From the NCBI GenBank assembly GCA_024137785.1, contig JAHRHZ010000034.1, positions 25,142,427 through 25,206,426 of the forward strand: DNA of 64,000 nucleotides, in the 5' to 3' direction. Position numbers and translations under genes: made by a program. This document shows positions 23,433 through 36,821 of the stretch, piece after piece (the first letter of the stretch is position 1; each line of letters begins with the position of its first letter). The stretch is from Ginglymostoma cirratum. Its lineage: Eukaryota. The notes under the pieces are model-generated. The model ran no database searches. It had not been told where the DNA came from and was given only the letters and a program-made list of their open reading frames with translations.

Positions 23433-25584
23433 AAGTTTTCCTGCTCCTATGATGCTGCTTGACCTGCTGTGTTCATCCAGCCCCATGCTTGTATCAGTTC
23501 ACAGTTTCTTTTAACAGTCTTGCGTTCAGTGTGGCAGTCCAGTCGTGAGGGTTTTGTTCGAAGCTGCTGTTGGACTGATCCTGAAATCCAGCCTGTTCTG
23601 AATCTTGGGTAGCAGCAGCCCTTTAAATCATTCTGAAACAGCATTGTTTTCAATAGTGCAATTCTCACAAATAGTCTCCCCATGAATAGGTTGGTCATTT
23701 TTTATATTGTTCTAAGCAATTTCGTAGAGAAAAATAGATGTATTTTTAATATATAAATATCTCAAAGAATCATAATAGTCATAATGTCGCAGCCAGGTCT
23801 AATGCCCAGAACAAATCATCTGTCAGGGTAAGAGGTCCCACATCTGGTTTTACTCTAAGGTGCAATTCTGATTTTTCTATTGAATTTATAATTTAAAGCA
23901 CCATTATTATTAATCCTTTACTGGAGGCCCAAGGAAAGGTAAACATAAAATTCATTACAGAATCATTGTACATTAATTTTAATTTGAAGCTGTATTTGAT
24001 ATGCCAGAGGATTATCATTTCTTTGCAAAAAAAAGGATGCAGTGTTCCATTAAACTGACTTTTTAATTCGTTACGCCTTTTCTCATTTCTCACATGTGCA
24101 AAACATGCAGTTGTGGGACTACAGTTTACCATCTGCACCAACACTGTTTAAAGGGATACTGACTTGATGAAAAACTATTTGTCATCTCTTTCTAAAATTT
24201 GTCTACAAATGCACAGGTAATTGTATAATGGTTACAGCACAGATGGAGGTCATTGGGCCAGACCCATTCATGCCAGCTCTCCGCAAGTGTAACTCAGCCT
24301 GTGTCACCCCTCCCACCATTTTCCCCAAAACGTTTTAACGTTAAACGCTCATCCACTACTTTCTTGAAATACGTTTCTTGCCTCCATCATCGTATCAGGC
24401 GTTGCATTTCAGATCTTATTCATCAGGGTAAAAAAAATTCCTGTGCCAGCTTCTGTTCTTTTGACAACCATCTTAAATCTGTGTCACCTGGTTCTCACTG
24501 CCCCTGTCAATAGAAGCCATTCTCCCAGTCTGCACAGCTTAGATCATCGTGATTTTGAATGTCTCCATCAAATCTCATCACAATCTTCTCTAATAGAACA
24601 GGGCCAGCCTCTCCAAGCTGTGGTGTAACCTTAGTCTCTCATTCCTGGAACCATTTTGATAAATCTTTTGGGGACCGTTTCTAAAACCATCATGGCTGTC
24701 ATCAGGTGTGGTGGCTCTGAGATGTTGACAGTTGAAGTGTTTCACAAATGTTCATCCATGCTTCTTTCTTGCCTTTTTGTGGTCTGTGCCTTGACTCTTA
24801 AAGCCCAGAATCCCCTCTGAGCAGTCTGCCCTGCTGCCTTTAATGATTTGTGCAGATAAACCCACTGATGCAATCACACAGATCACATGCAAATACATGA
24901 TAAAATATTTCTTGGGTAGTTGTGAGTATTACAAGAAAGACCAGATGTGGTGCACCTGGGAAGATGGGCTTAGGCTACCTTCTAGAACTTCTGTAGTGTG
25001 TTGGCTGAATATACACATTAATGCTGTTTGAGAGTAAAATTTTGACCCAGAGACAATGTAACATCATCTTGAAACATCTTCTAAAACTCCTCACCCTCCC
25101 AGTTATTCAAACACCTCTTCATGAACATTGTGTCCTTTTAATGTAAGTAATCAATAAATATAAAACAGTGTATCCAATGTACTTCCTTTCATCTGAAAAG
25201 ATCTTCAAAGAGATCACCTTCCTTTTATCAGCCTGTCTGTGCCACACCTTTGAATAAAGAATATCTCTAAATGTCTGCGACAAATTTTCTATTTCAAGTA
25301 GTTTTTTGTTTAGAAATGCATCAATGCTGTGTAGCTTCAAAAAAGTAAGCTGGTGCTGTGAGGTGAAGAATGGTGGTTGTGCATTGATCAGAAGCAATAT
25401 GATCTTCCAGTAATAACGGTGCCAGTGGAGTCAAGAGATCATCTTTAGAGAGGTTTTACACAAAGGAGTTTAAAATCTTCCAACTTCCTTTTGAATTCTA
25501 ATGCCTACCTGGCACCTGTGTGCTTTTAGACTCGGCCATTATCTGCTGTAATTTAGCATTTAGTTTGAATATTGTTAAAAGCCC

Positions 25585-25680
25585 ATTTCTGAAGAAGGTT
25601 CCTGACCTGAAACATCAACTTTCCTGCTCCTCTGGTGCTGCCTGGCCTGCTGTGTTCCTCCAGCTCCACACTGTGTTAAC
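25585..25680 (+). mobile_element. Penelope pLTR unit with hammerhead-like core
   Basis: CTGAAGA-aggttcctgacct-GAAA-catc (CpG-decayed stem III), then ttcctgctcctctggtgctgcctggcctgctgtgttcctccagc. Confidence 0.72.
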
Positions 25681-26429
25681 TATAAAATAAAACATGTCTT
25701 CCATTGGCATTTGGGGCCCCTGGAAAGCTTTTGAGGAGGACAGGCTTTGGTACCTGTTCTATCGGTAATAAATTAATTTAGAGGGAACTCTACTTAGAAT
25801 AAGACAGGGACCTAACACCTATTTTTGATGGCCGCCTGAGACGCCTGCAAGGCTACCCACATCAACCTCACAGAGCTTCAGTGCTGATAAAATCTGAAAC
25901 TTAACTACTCGGCAATTGTCTTTTTTTTCTTTAGTTTTCTTCCCAGCAATGGGTGCAGTTGCTACCCCAATATATTTAGATCCCTTTCTTTTGAAGTAGA
26001 CCATTGCAAAATTATTTGGGGTAACATGTTAAGCATCTTTGGATTGGATCTCTTTGGAATTCTTTGGCAGAATTTATTCAAACATTTCAAACATCAATGT
26101 CCACTCGTGATAAGTGAAAGATAAAGACCAATGTTAAGAGTTTGATATCCGATAGCTTCTATAACTAGGCTGCACAAAAGGGACACCATATCTTTAAGGA
26201 TTGTGAACCCGACATGTGCAGGAATTTGATACAGCTGGAATGCTTTCAGACAGCAGGATGCTGGATGTTTGAGGAAATCCCAAGTTGATATATTCTGACA
26301 TCCAGATGAATCTTGTTTCCTACAACAGTGGAATTTTGGAAGAAGTAAACTTTCCCAGTTATTCCTTTTCGCTACAGCACATTATAGATTTTCATATTTT
26401 GCAAGCAATTTTCATGCATCATGCAGGCA

Positions 26430-27385
26430 TCGGTGCTGGGTCCCCTGTTGTTTGTCATTTATATGAACAAGTTGAATGGGAATGTAGGAGACCGTGGTTA
26501 GTAAGTTTGCAGATGACACCAAAATTGATGGCATAGTGGACAATGAAGAAGGTTGTCTAACATTACAAAGGGATTGTGATCAATTGAGCCAATGGTCTGA
26601 GGAGTGTCAGATAAAGTTTAATTTGGATAAATACAAGATATTGCATTTTGATAAAGCGAACAAGGGCAGGACTTGTACAGCTAATAGTAGGGCCCTGAGT
26701 AGTGTTGTCAAGCAGAAAGGCCCAGAGGTTCAGGTATATAGTTTGTTGAAAGTTGCATCACAGGCAGACAGGGTGGTTAGGAAGGAATTTTGCACACTTA
26801 CCTTTATTGCTCAGACTATTGAGTATAGGAGTTGGGACGTCATGTTGAGGTGGTGCAGGACATTGGAGTATTGTGTACAGTTCTGATCGCCCTCTAATAG
26901 GTAGGATATTATTTAAATGGAGAGGGGTCGGAAAAGATTTACCAGGATGTTGCTGGGACTAGAAGGTTTGCATCATAGGGAGAGGCTGGATAGTCTGGGA
27001 CATTTTTCACTGGAACATAGGAGGTTGAGGGGTGGCCTTATAGACCTTTATAAAAACATGAACAGGCACAGATAAGGTGAACAGCCAAGGTCTTTTCCCG
27101 AGGGTGAGGAAGTTCAAAACTAGGGATTAAGACTAAATTTTAAAGGGACCTGATGGACAGCTTTTTCACAGAGGGTGGTTTGTATGTGGAATGAGCTGCC
27201 AGAGGGAGTGGTAAATGCACGTACACTTACAACATTTACAAGACATTTGGACAGGTACATGAATAGGAAAGATTGAAAGGGGTATGGGCCAAATGTAGGC
27301 AAGTGGGACTAGTTTAGTTTGGGAAAGTTGGTCAGCATGGATGAGACAGACCAAACGGTCTGTTTCCATGTTATATGACTCTATG
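26430..27385 (+). mobile_element. CR1 LINE, RT C-terminus plus 3' UTR
   Basis: ORF VSKFADDTKIDGIVDNEEGCLTLQRDCDQLSQW...KFNLDKYKILHF...LEYCVQF; tail atgactctatg. Confidence 0.92.
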
Positions 27386-27574
27386 TATGTTTATTCTGGT
27401 GTGTGTTTATGAATTTGATCCTTTAAGGAACACTTTTAGAGAGTCAGGTACTCTTTATCCTTATATCCCTCACTCTTGAAAGAACACACACTTCTCACTA
27501 AGCAAAGACCCACGACCATGTCTCTACCCCTTCAGTATGTGCTTTCAATTGCTTGTTGGGAATGGACAGGAACG

Positions 27575-29100
27575 GACTGATTGATTTATTGTCATGTGTA
27601 CCGAAATACAGTGAAAAGCTTTGTTTACGAGCAGTACCAGCAGATCATAGTAAGCAAAGGACGTACAGATCAAAAAGACTTAGATAGAGGCATACAGGTT
27701 ACATTGCACAGGGCATGATCTAGATAAGGTCAATGTTAGCAAGATCAGTGTTATTTGAGGCTAGAGAGTCCATTCGTTAGTCTGATAGCAGCCCGGAAGA
27801 AGCTGTTCCTGAACCTGCTGGTACGTGTGTTCACGTTTCTGTATCTTCTGCCTGCCAGAAGAGGTTGTAGGAGGTCATTAGCAGGGTGCGATGGGTCTTT
27901 GATGATGTTGGCCACTTTTCAGCAGCAGCGAGCTGTGTAAATGGAGTCTATGGATGGCAGATTGGCTTCTGTGATGGCCTGGGCTGTACACACCACTTTC
28001 GTAGTTTCTTACGGTCCTGGGCAGAGCAGTTGCCATACCAGGCCGTTATGCACCCAGACAGTATGCTTTCAATGGTGCATCTGTAGAAGTTGGTGAGGGA
28101 CCTTATGGATATGCCAAATTTCCTGAGCTACCTGAGGAAGAAGGGGCGTTGACTCCCACATGTACGTGGGAAGCCCAGGACGGGTTGTCAGTAACGTCAC
28201 TCTGAGGAACTTGATGCCCTTCACCCTCTCAACCTCAGTTCCATTGATGTAGATGGGGCTGTATTCGCCTCCTTTTTTTCTGAAGTCAATTATCAGTTAT
28301 TTAGTTTTGCCGATGTTGAGAGACAGATTGTTTTTATTGCGCCATGACACCAAGCCCTCTATCTCCCTTCTGTAGTTTGACTCGTTGCTGTTAGATATCC
28401 GTCCCAGTACGATGGTGTTGTCACCGAATTTGTAGATGGTGTTGAGAATTTGGCAACACAGTCATGGGTGTACAGGGAGTGCGGTAGGGGGCTGAGGATG
28501 CATCTTGAGGTGCTCCAGTGTTGAGTGTTACTGTGGAGGAGGTGCAGTTACCTATTCTCACTGATTGCGGCCTATGGGCCAGAAAGCTGAGGATCCAGCT
28601 CCAGAGGGCAGAGCCGAGACCAAGGTCATGCAGTTTTGAGATCAGTCCGGAGGGGAGAATGGTGTTGAAGGCAGAATTGTCGTCAAAGAACAGGAGTTTG
28701 ATGTAGGTGTTTTTGATCTCTAGATGTTTCAGGGATGAGTGCAGGGCTGGGGATATGGCATCCGCTGTAGACCTATTACAACGGTAGGCAAATTGTAGGG
28801 AATCGAGGCAGGCTGGGAAAGTGGAGTTGATGTGGGCCGTGACCAACCTCTTGAAGCATTTCATATTATTGTTTATTGAGGTCAGAGCCACTGGGCAGTA
28901 GTCGTTAAGGCACATTGCATGTGCTTTCTTAGATACGGGGATGATGGTGGTCTTCTTAAAGCAGGTGGGGACTTTAGCTTGTAGGAGGGAGAGGTTGTAG
29001 ATGTCAGTGAATACCTCCGCTAGCTGGTCTGCACAGGATCTGAGTGCTTGGCTGGGGACATCGTCCAGGCCCGTCACTTTCCTTGGGTTGAGTCCCGGGA
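27575..29100 (-). mobile_element. Rex1/Babar LINE, RT region plus 3' UTR (degenerate)
   Basis: [82 protein letters not shown]; tail cttttcactgtatttcggtacacatgacaataaatc. Confidence 0.92.
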
Positions 29101-30159
29101 AGACCAGTCTGTTGATTCAGCACTTGCTGATGTCCATCTTTTGTAACCGAAGTCAGAGACTTCATTTTCATAGACGATGGTGCTCTTTCTAAGTGTGAAG
29201 GATCACAGATATGAGCCCATATTGTAACACATCACCATGCGATAGATGACTTGTATTGCATTTTCAATGTTTCATAATAATGGACAGGTTTTTGACTTCC
29301 TAGTAGCACAGAAATTGGACAGGTAAAATTTTACTTCATATTAAATCAGTTTAAGTTGCAGTATGAAAAAGCTGTAGTAATCCCAGCCCTTTGAGATTGA
29401 TGCAGAACTTCGGACTTCCTTTGGCTTGACTGGGCTGTTTGACAATACAATGCATCATTGAAATGCCACTGGTTGGGAAGCACTTCTTTGGTTGAAGGAA
29501 TTGAGAGGAACTGAAAGGGAAATAAATGATTACAACTAGATTAAAAGACCCCAGAAAAACAGATTCAAAGAATCGTTCATCATTGGAGTCCATTCAGCCC
29601 ACATGTCCATTCCCCTCAGCTATTGTTTCTTTTCCACATATATAAGTCAACTCCTTTTGAAAGTTATCACTGAATCTGTTTTCAGGCAGTGCATTCCAAA
29701 TTGTAGCTGCTCGCTTGGTGGCAGAAGTTCTGTTTTTTTTCCACAGCTGTTGCTTTCAATCATTGTCTGATGGAAGGGCCTGGCACCAGGAAGATGATAG
29801 CGGTGCTTTGGGGCAGGGGCTTTCACTGAAGGCCACCCTCTGTCCTTGCTGCTGAATCTCTACCTCTCCCCGGCCTGTGCCATATGATATGCACCCAGCC
29901 AGTGCTACGCACCATCACCCATCTACTCCTGGGTCTTGTGCGTGATTCTAGACCTCTGGTATGGGTACTGCTAGCAGTGGCTGATGCCAAGAAATGAAGT
30001 GTTGCCAACCCCTGCCTGATTGGGCGACAGATCATTAGCAAGTGGGAGACTGTGTCCCTGGGGTCCTTGAACCTGGGCCTGCCACTACCCGCTATAATGT
30101 GGGCCTTCCTAAAAAGAGGTGACATGGGGCTCTCACCAGCCTCCCTTAAACACCACCTA

Positions 30160-30510
30160 ATATTTTTGTTAATTAATTCACAGAATGTGGGCTTTGCTGA
30201 TGAGGCTGACATTTATTGTTACCCCTAACTGCCCAGAGGGCAGATGAGAATTAATCACGTTGCTGTGAGTTTGGAGTCACATGTCAGTCAGATCAGGTAT
30301 CACTAGTGGTTGCCTTCCCCAAAGGATATTAGGGAACCAGAGGAGATTCTGCCCACTAGCAATTGGTAAAGGTTTCATGGTCATCGTTAGACTGTTAATT
30401 CCTGATTTTTAAAATTAAATTCCACTATGTGTTATAGCAGGATTTGAACCTAGGTCCCCACGACGTTACCTGGGTCTCTTGGTTTCTGTTTAACTAAGCT
30501 ATTGCCTCCC
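30160..30510 (-). mobile_element. tRNA-derived SINE (family of 8765-9118)
   Basis: Reverse tail and reverse B-box ggatttgaacc at about 30440. Confidence 0.72.
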
Positions 30511-32865
30511 CTGATATATTAATCACTTTTCAGTGTTTATATTTCAACTCCACTCACTTCATGATCAACATACTGCAGCTGTACTATCTACAGAATGTCA
30601 TATAACGATTCGCAAAGATTAGTTCCACAGCATCTCCCAGTCCCAGGCCATCTACCATTGAAAGGAGCAAGAGAGTCAGGCTCCTGGGAACACATTAGCT
30701 GCGTATCCCTCTCTATAAAAACACCATCATGTCTCGAACACGTAATTGCCAGTCCTTCAACATCATCAGATCTTGTCCCTGGAATTCCCTAGGTTGGTAG
30801 CAGCATTGGCACAAGGATTTGTCACAATTCCTTGTGATGGTCCGTCACTAGCCAGCCAAGAGTATGGAGGTACTGTCTTGAAGTTCAGCTCAGATGGCAA
30901 GATCTTACTTCGCAAGATCAAAAGAAAAATACCTTTTTCAAAGGTTGCAAATAGAGATTGAAATACCATGGTGCAAATAGTGCAGAAGATACAGCACATG
31001 CTTTGAAACGAAAAGATGTCATGGTTTCCAAGACGTCAGTGCATCGTTAGAGACTTCAAGCAGAGCAGACGCTGTCAGTGATTCCCTGCTGAGGTGTTAA
31101 CTCCACTTTCATCCACCCACTGGATGTTCACTGTGTTCTTCATAATTTGGTCAATAAATAGAAAGAGGCCTTGAGGACAAATTGTTTTGTAAATGCAACT
31201 CCAATTTGTTGCATTTTGGATTGGCAAAAACAGGTCAGGAGTCAAAGAGGAGCCTATGACCTATTCGTCCACCCACCCAGCTGAAAAAATAATGCAGTTG
31301 TATATTTGGCTGCAGTTGTTAACAGTTAACAACACAATGTCGGTGACTCAGACAGTACTGGAAGGGGTACATTCCTTCTTCAATTTAATTGTCTTGTATG
31401 AACTTCCTCATTTTAATTTTGTGACCTGCTTTTGAACAGGTGAAAGCTCTGAAGTCAAACCACACCAAGAAAATTCAGCATGCCAGAAGGAAATCTTCCA
31501 AAAATTAAAATACAAAACGGAGCCCTGCTCATACCTGAGTGACTACATAAAAGTTAATTGCCGTGTGGCGCCACAATATAAAAAAGCTTTTGCCGCAGTA
31601 TCTACTGTGTCAAAGTGATGGATTATCCACTTGGCTTAACCATAAATATCTTTATTAGTTCCTATTGTGCTACACTTACATTTCTGTTCCCCTGCTTTAC
31701 AAAAGTTGAGATCCAAAGAAAATCTTGCATCCTTTTGCATTTGTTGTTTGGGCTGCGTGCCCTTTTGCAATCCAGTTGGTCAACAGTATGTCGCAACTTG
31801 AACCGTGCAAAGGAAAGGAATCAGTAGCATTTATGTTTCATTTCCCTTGTATGTGAATCCAAATGATGACCAGATGTGTGACTTGTACAACTTAGCTGTA
31901 AGCGAAGACTCCCACTAAACTCCTTCACAGGCCAAATTCAATCTGCATTTTCCTAACACTATTTTAATTGAAACTTTATGTTGAATCATATGTTTCAGCT
32001 GTGTGAAAGGCAAATGAAGTATAGAACAGTGACTGAAAGCAAATAAAATCTTTACAGTGCACCTCTGTAAATACGTTGGTGCACTTGTAGCTACATTGTA
32101 ATATGAAAGTCACATTTTTGTTTCCCATGCCCTTTTCTTGATTCCCTGTGGCCACGATCCACTTTATTGTTCTTCCCCTAACTCAAAGGGAGAGCTGATT
32201 AGAGCTAGGCATCTCTGTAGCTGTTGTTATTAGGGAGCTTATTTGCTCATCTGCTTAAATAAGTCTTTTAATTTGAGCAAGACAAACATGAAATGAGATT
32301 ACTTTAATAGTGGGATTTCTAGCTAAGTTTTTGGAATGTGCCTTTCCTTTTGAGTTCATGAGCTTCTTGCATCGATAGATGAGCAAGACAGCAGGTTAAG
32401 AGGGGAGCTTCTCACTGGCTGAAAATCTCAAATGACCACCTTGGTTATATAATTGGGAGAAGGCTTAACCCACGGGACATTGATGCCCATTCAAAAAATA
32501 TTCTTGGAGCACCCTCAGAATTGACAAACAAGGGAACCGTGAATTCACGAATAAATAAACCCGGGGTTCCAGTGAATAAACCATACCATTACAGAAACAT
32601 AAACTACAAATACACTTTGCACAGCAGCTCACTGCATATTTGACCGTTGGACACATGCTGCAGCAAGCATACATAAGGAATGAATTCTTATTTCTGAACC
32701 GCCAGACAGTTCTGTTTTAATATTTAAAATTTCACTTGAAACATTAATGAAAACTGGCACCTTATTAATATGTTTCTTCACCAGATGACTAGTACTGTTG
32801 TGTGATGTAACACATTACATTAACCTCTCTAACAAGCTCTGACTGACTGCATTTCAATGCTGCAG

Positions 32866-33021
32866 GTGGACCTGGGTTTCTTGCAGCACGTTTCTGCCAT
32901 AGCAACGCAAGGTGCTATCTCCAGAGAAACTCAGCGGGAGTACTTCATCAAAACGTACAAAGTGGATGTGAGCTCCAATGGTGAAGACTGGATAACTGTG
33001 AAAGAAAGGGGTAAACAAAAG
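32866..33021 (+). CDS. NRP1: Neuropilin-1-like exon (equivalent to exon 7): middle of b1
   Basis: tgctgcag|GTG ... AAG|gtattt, 156 nt, phase 0-0. VDLGFLQHVSAIATQGAISRETQREYFIKTYKVDVSSNGEDWITVKERGKQK. Confidence 0.96.
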
Positions 33022-34344
33022 GTATTTTGTTTCAAACAAACGTACGTTGCAAATATGTTAACAAAAGTGCTCTTTTGGGAATTAACGGCATGATTGAAAA
33101 GTTGTTATTTGATTTGTTTGTTACTTGACATCCTTTAATTTTAGAAGACACAACTAATTTTTAATTCTTGTCTGAAGGGAGCATGAATTGTGGCTCCTTT
33201 AAGTCCTGAATTAAAGTTACCTGTCAGAGTTAGAAAAGTCCAATAAATTTAACCTATGAAGCTAAAATTATCCAGACTCCCGTGTTAGAAAGGATCATAT
33301 ATTGGAGCTAAACAAGCAGAAGAGATCATTCAAATGTGCAGGCTTTTTTTGAGCTAATGGTATATGTATAAGGGACTTGCATGAAGCAGGTGAATTAGGT
33401 TTCCTCACCAGTCCTTCCCTTGACAGCGTAGGCCTAATGTCTAAGCACAATTATCCACAGTTGAATGGACTCCATTTTTATGATTTATGGCGGCTGTATT
33501 CTTTTACAGTATGGACTTTGAGATAGAAGATATGTGAAAATGTAAATGTTAGCCACAAAATTATCACAAAAACACCCCTTATAACATTAGGCAACAACCT
33601 AAATAGCAACATAGAAAACAGGAACAGGAGTAGGCCATTCAGCCCTTCGAGCATGCTCTCCTATTCATTATGATCATGGCTGATCATCCAACCTAGTACC
33701 CTGTTCCTGCTTTCACACAATACCCTTTGATCCCTCTAACACTAAGAACTGTATCTGACTCCCTTCTTGAAAACTTTCAGTGTATTGGCCTCAACAGCTT
33801 CCTGTAGCAGAGAATTCCACAGTGTCACCAATTTCTGGGTGAAGGAATAAGAGCTCATTCTTCTCCAATGCTGCTAGCTATGATCCCAGCTGATCTTGCT
33901 ACCGGATCCATCAGATCCCAGAATAAAATCTGCTTGATTTTTTTTATTTAATGGCAAAACATCCCCTGAAAGATAGGCACTCAAAGCTGCAGCTTCTCTG
34001 TATTAATAAAACAGAATTTTGTTACACAAAGGGATAAAAATAAATTAAAAAATGAACCAAGCTAATTTCCTTGCATTTGTATCACATTAACATCCTACCT
34101 TGTTTTATTTATACACCAACCTCCAATTCTCCTGTCCTTCACCAAGAAACTGGAGGGCACTGAGATATAAGTTGGAGTGGCAGCTTGCCAATGCTGCTGG
34201 GGGTCGCCATCCAACTGTGGCTTCAACACAACACTCCTCATGGTCCATGCTAGCCATCTAACCAACCTTTCTTCCGGGCAAATTGGCATTGACAAACCAC
34301 CAGCCTTACCATGCCTGCTCTTGGACCAACTCTCTCCCCACACC

Positions 34345-34665
34345 ACGAGGGGTAATATCACCAGAGGAGGCCAATGTTCTGGGTTCATGGGTTCAAATCA
34401 CACCATGGTAGACGACGAAGTTTGAATTCAATAAAATCTGGAGTAAGAAGCTGGTTTAATGATGACCATGTCACTGCTGTTGATTGATATAAAAACCTAC
34501 CCTGTTCACTAATGGCCTTTCAGGGAAGGAAATCTTTCATCTTTATCCAGTGTGGCCTACAGCTGATTCCAAACCCACAGCGATGTGATTCACTCTTAAC
34601 TGACCTCTGGGCGAGAAATGCTGGCCTGGACTGTGATGCCTATGTCCCATGAAGGGATTTCTTTT
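34345..34665 (+). mobile_element. tRNA-derived SINE (family of 8765-9118)
   Basis: ggttcaaatcacaccatggtag...tctggagtaagaag...aaatgctggcctgg...tcccatgaag. Confidence 0.75.
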
Positions 34666-34699
34666 AAACGTGCCAGGTATTTACATGGCAGATGCACTG

Positions 34700-35890
34700 C
34701 ATGTGATTCAAGAAAATGGTGACATGTGAAAATTAATGGGGAGCATTCTTTCATGGGCTGAAGGTGACTACGGTTAATGAGGGCAACCGTCGCAATCAGT
34801 CAAGGACTCATCTGATTATATATACAATCAGTCAGGCACTTGGTCCGACCCAGAGTCCAAGGATCTGAGACCTTGCAGTCTAGAAATTGGGCTGTGCTAA
34901 TTCCTGCAGGTCAAGTGCAAGCAGCCTGAGGATTATATTTTGGTGCCTTGGATACTGTTGAGACGTCAGTCCTGGGGGTGGGATACTTTTCCTGAAATGA
35001 GACAGAGAAAGGAATTGAGCAGGATGAGGATGCATGGTTGTGGTGATGTATGTGCAGGAGAGGTGCCGTAGTGAGTGAGTAGAGGCACAGAGAGTAGGAA
35101 GGGCTAGGAGTATGGGGGTATGTGGTGAGTAGACATGCAGCATGCTATAGTGATAGCTGTAGCCCTTGACAGTTGGTGGGAGGTGTGTGCAGTGGCGGAA
35201 CCTGAGTGAGTGCTGACCCTGTGAGAGTGAGGTAGTCGGGAAAGATGGTGGCACTTAACCTTGCAGAGCATAGATCTTAACCCTGTATTGTTGACCCACA
35301 GCAATGTGATTCACTTTTCACTGACCTCTGGGCAATTGGAATGGGCGAGAAATGCTGGCCTGGACACTGATGCCTACATCTCATGAAGGAATTTCTTTTA
35401 AAAGTGCCAGGTATTTACATGGCACTTTAATCGAGAGGCAGCACGTTTTGGGTCTAGTCTGGCTGTGACTTGTGGTGTGGCCTCCGTTGGTAGTTGGCTG
35501 GAAACAGGAGAGCCCCCTGCCTTCCCTACCCCATCCACCAGCACACTTTGGTCCTTGTCTGCCAAGCAGGGACTGAGCTTCCCTGAGCTCTGGGCAATGC
35601 CCTCTGTGATGTTTGAGCAACACAGCGAGAGGGTCAGTTCCTGCCTTGCTGTGTCTGAAGCTGGGATTGTAACAATGACAGCAGAGGCCTGAAAGCCAGT
35701 AAGATCCGAGCAGCGGTGAACACTTCTGGCTCTCCAGCCTCGTGATTCCCAGGAAAGGTACCATGTTGCATAATAAATGAGGTGAGGAGTGGAAGGTTGT
35801 TTGGAAGATTTGCTTCAAACCATGGCTGACTGGGCATGATGAATCCTATTCGACAAAACACTGACCTGAAAATGGGAAAATTCTGCCCAA
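34700..35890 (-). mobile_element. Possible PIF/Harbinger-derived DNA transposon remnant (Myb/SANT-like partner ORF)
   Basis: Minus strand about 35584-35440 gives frameshifted GKLSPCLADKDQSVLVDGV / LLFPANYQRRP, resembling the PRF.D.DL..L.D.V..R...LFP...RRP start of Harbinger Myb-like proteins. Ends with TIR-like aaattctgccc. From memory and weak. Confidence 0.35.
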
Positions 35891-36821
35891 CAGCTTCACA
35901 ACATTTGATTGTTGGAAATTCCTTTATGTCCAGTTCTGGTTATCAGACAAACAGTCTAATAATTCAGTAGAGAAAGGTAGTCGAGAGAGGTGCTTGTGAG
36001 GTCAGGCTGCTTGTCGTCAGTTTACATGTGTCTATCCCTATAAATTTTTGTACAATGGTAAACAATCTCCTGTTCCCATAATCTGCAATGATTACCCCCT
36101 CGGCACTTCCCTGCTCACAAAACCATCGTTAAATTTGATTCTTTCCACTTGTGAAGGTCAGTCATATTTAAACTTGCATATGCAACAAACATCAATCATG
36201 CAAATCATCAGCCTGTAAGGTAATCAGCAATTGTTGTGACTTTAATATTCAACTGAAAATGTTAATCATAAATCCTAACTCACCTTCAGTCCTAACTCTA
36301 AATTCACGGGAACTGCAGCCAAGTCTTTTCAGTTGATGCCATACTTAACTATCTCAGTCTCTCTCATCAAATCATGGCTTTATGCGTTGGATTTTGCCAA
36401 TATTTTTGGAATAAACTAATTAGAAAGGGATGAGGAGACTGATTATGTAAGAATGTAAGAAGGGGCTCTGATTAAGCATGACAAATGCATTCAGTTCCCC
36501 TTCAGTTCTCCCCTCTTGTGCATCCTTAGTTTTCTTCACCACAGGTAGTCGTGTCTTTATCTGCCTTGGCCCTAAACTGTGGAATTCCCTCCCAAATCCT
36601 CTCTACCTCTCTCTGTTTTTTTTGTTAACATGCCCGTTATCATCCTTGGCCAAGCATTTAGTCACCTATATTAACACCTCCTTAGGTGGTGTCAGGGTTC
36701 CTTTGATAATCATTCCTGTGAAACTTCTTTAATGATAAAGGCTCTACATTTTTGTTGGAAGCCATGTCTAGCCAGTCATTAAAGATTTTTTATGAAGTTT
36801 CATGTCAATGTCACTCTCAAA

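Larger units (their letters stand above)
22784..23495 (+). mobile_element. Young 5'-truncated Penelope-like retroelement: RT-ORF N-terminal region, gap, then pLTR with intact hammerhead core
   Basis: 22784-22999 reads stop-free FRRLRLHAYFSNRESNRPSTDPFSRLQHKPSSWTPPQGLLPSLDLFISNCRRDINRLNLSTPLKHSNLSPAE, the typical PLE region preceding the KPADKG motif, and is CpG-rich. 23405-23432 is CTGATGA-agggtttaggccc-GAAA-CGTC. Confidence 0.82.
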
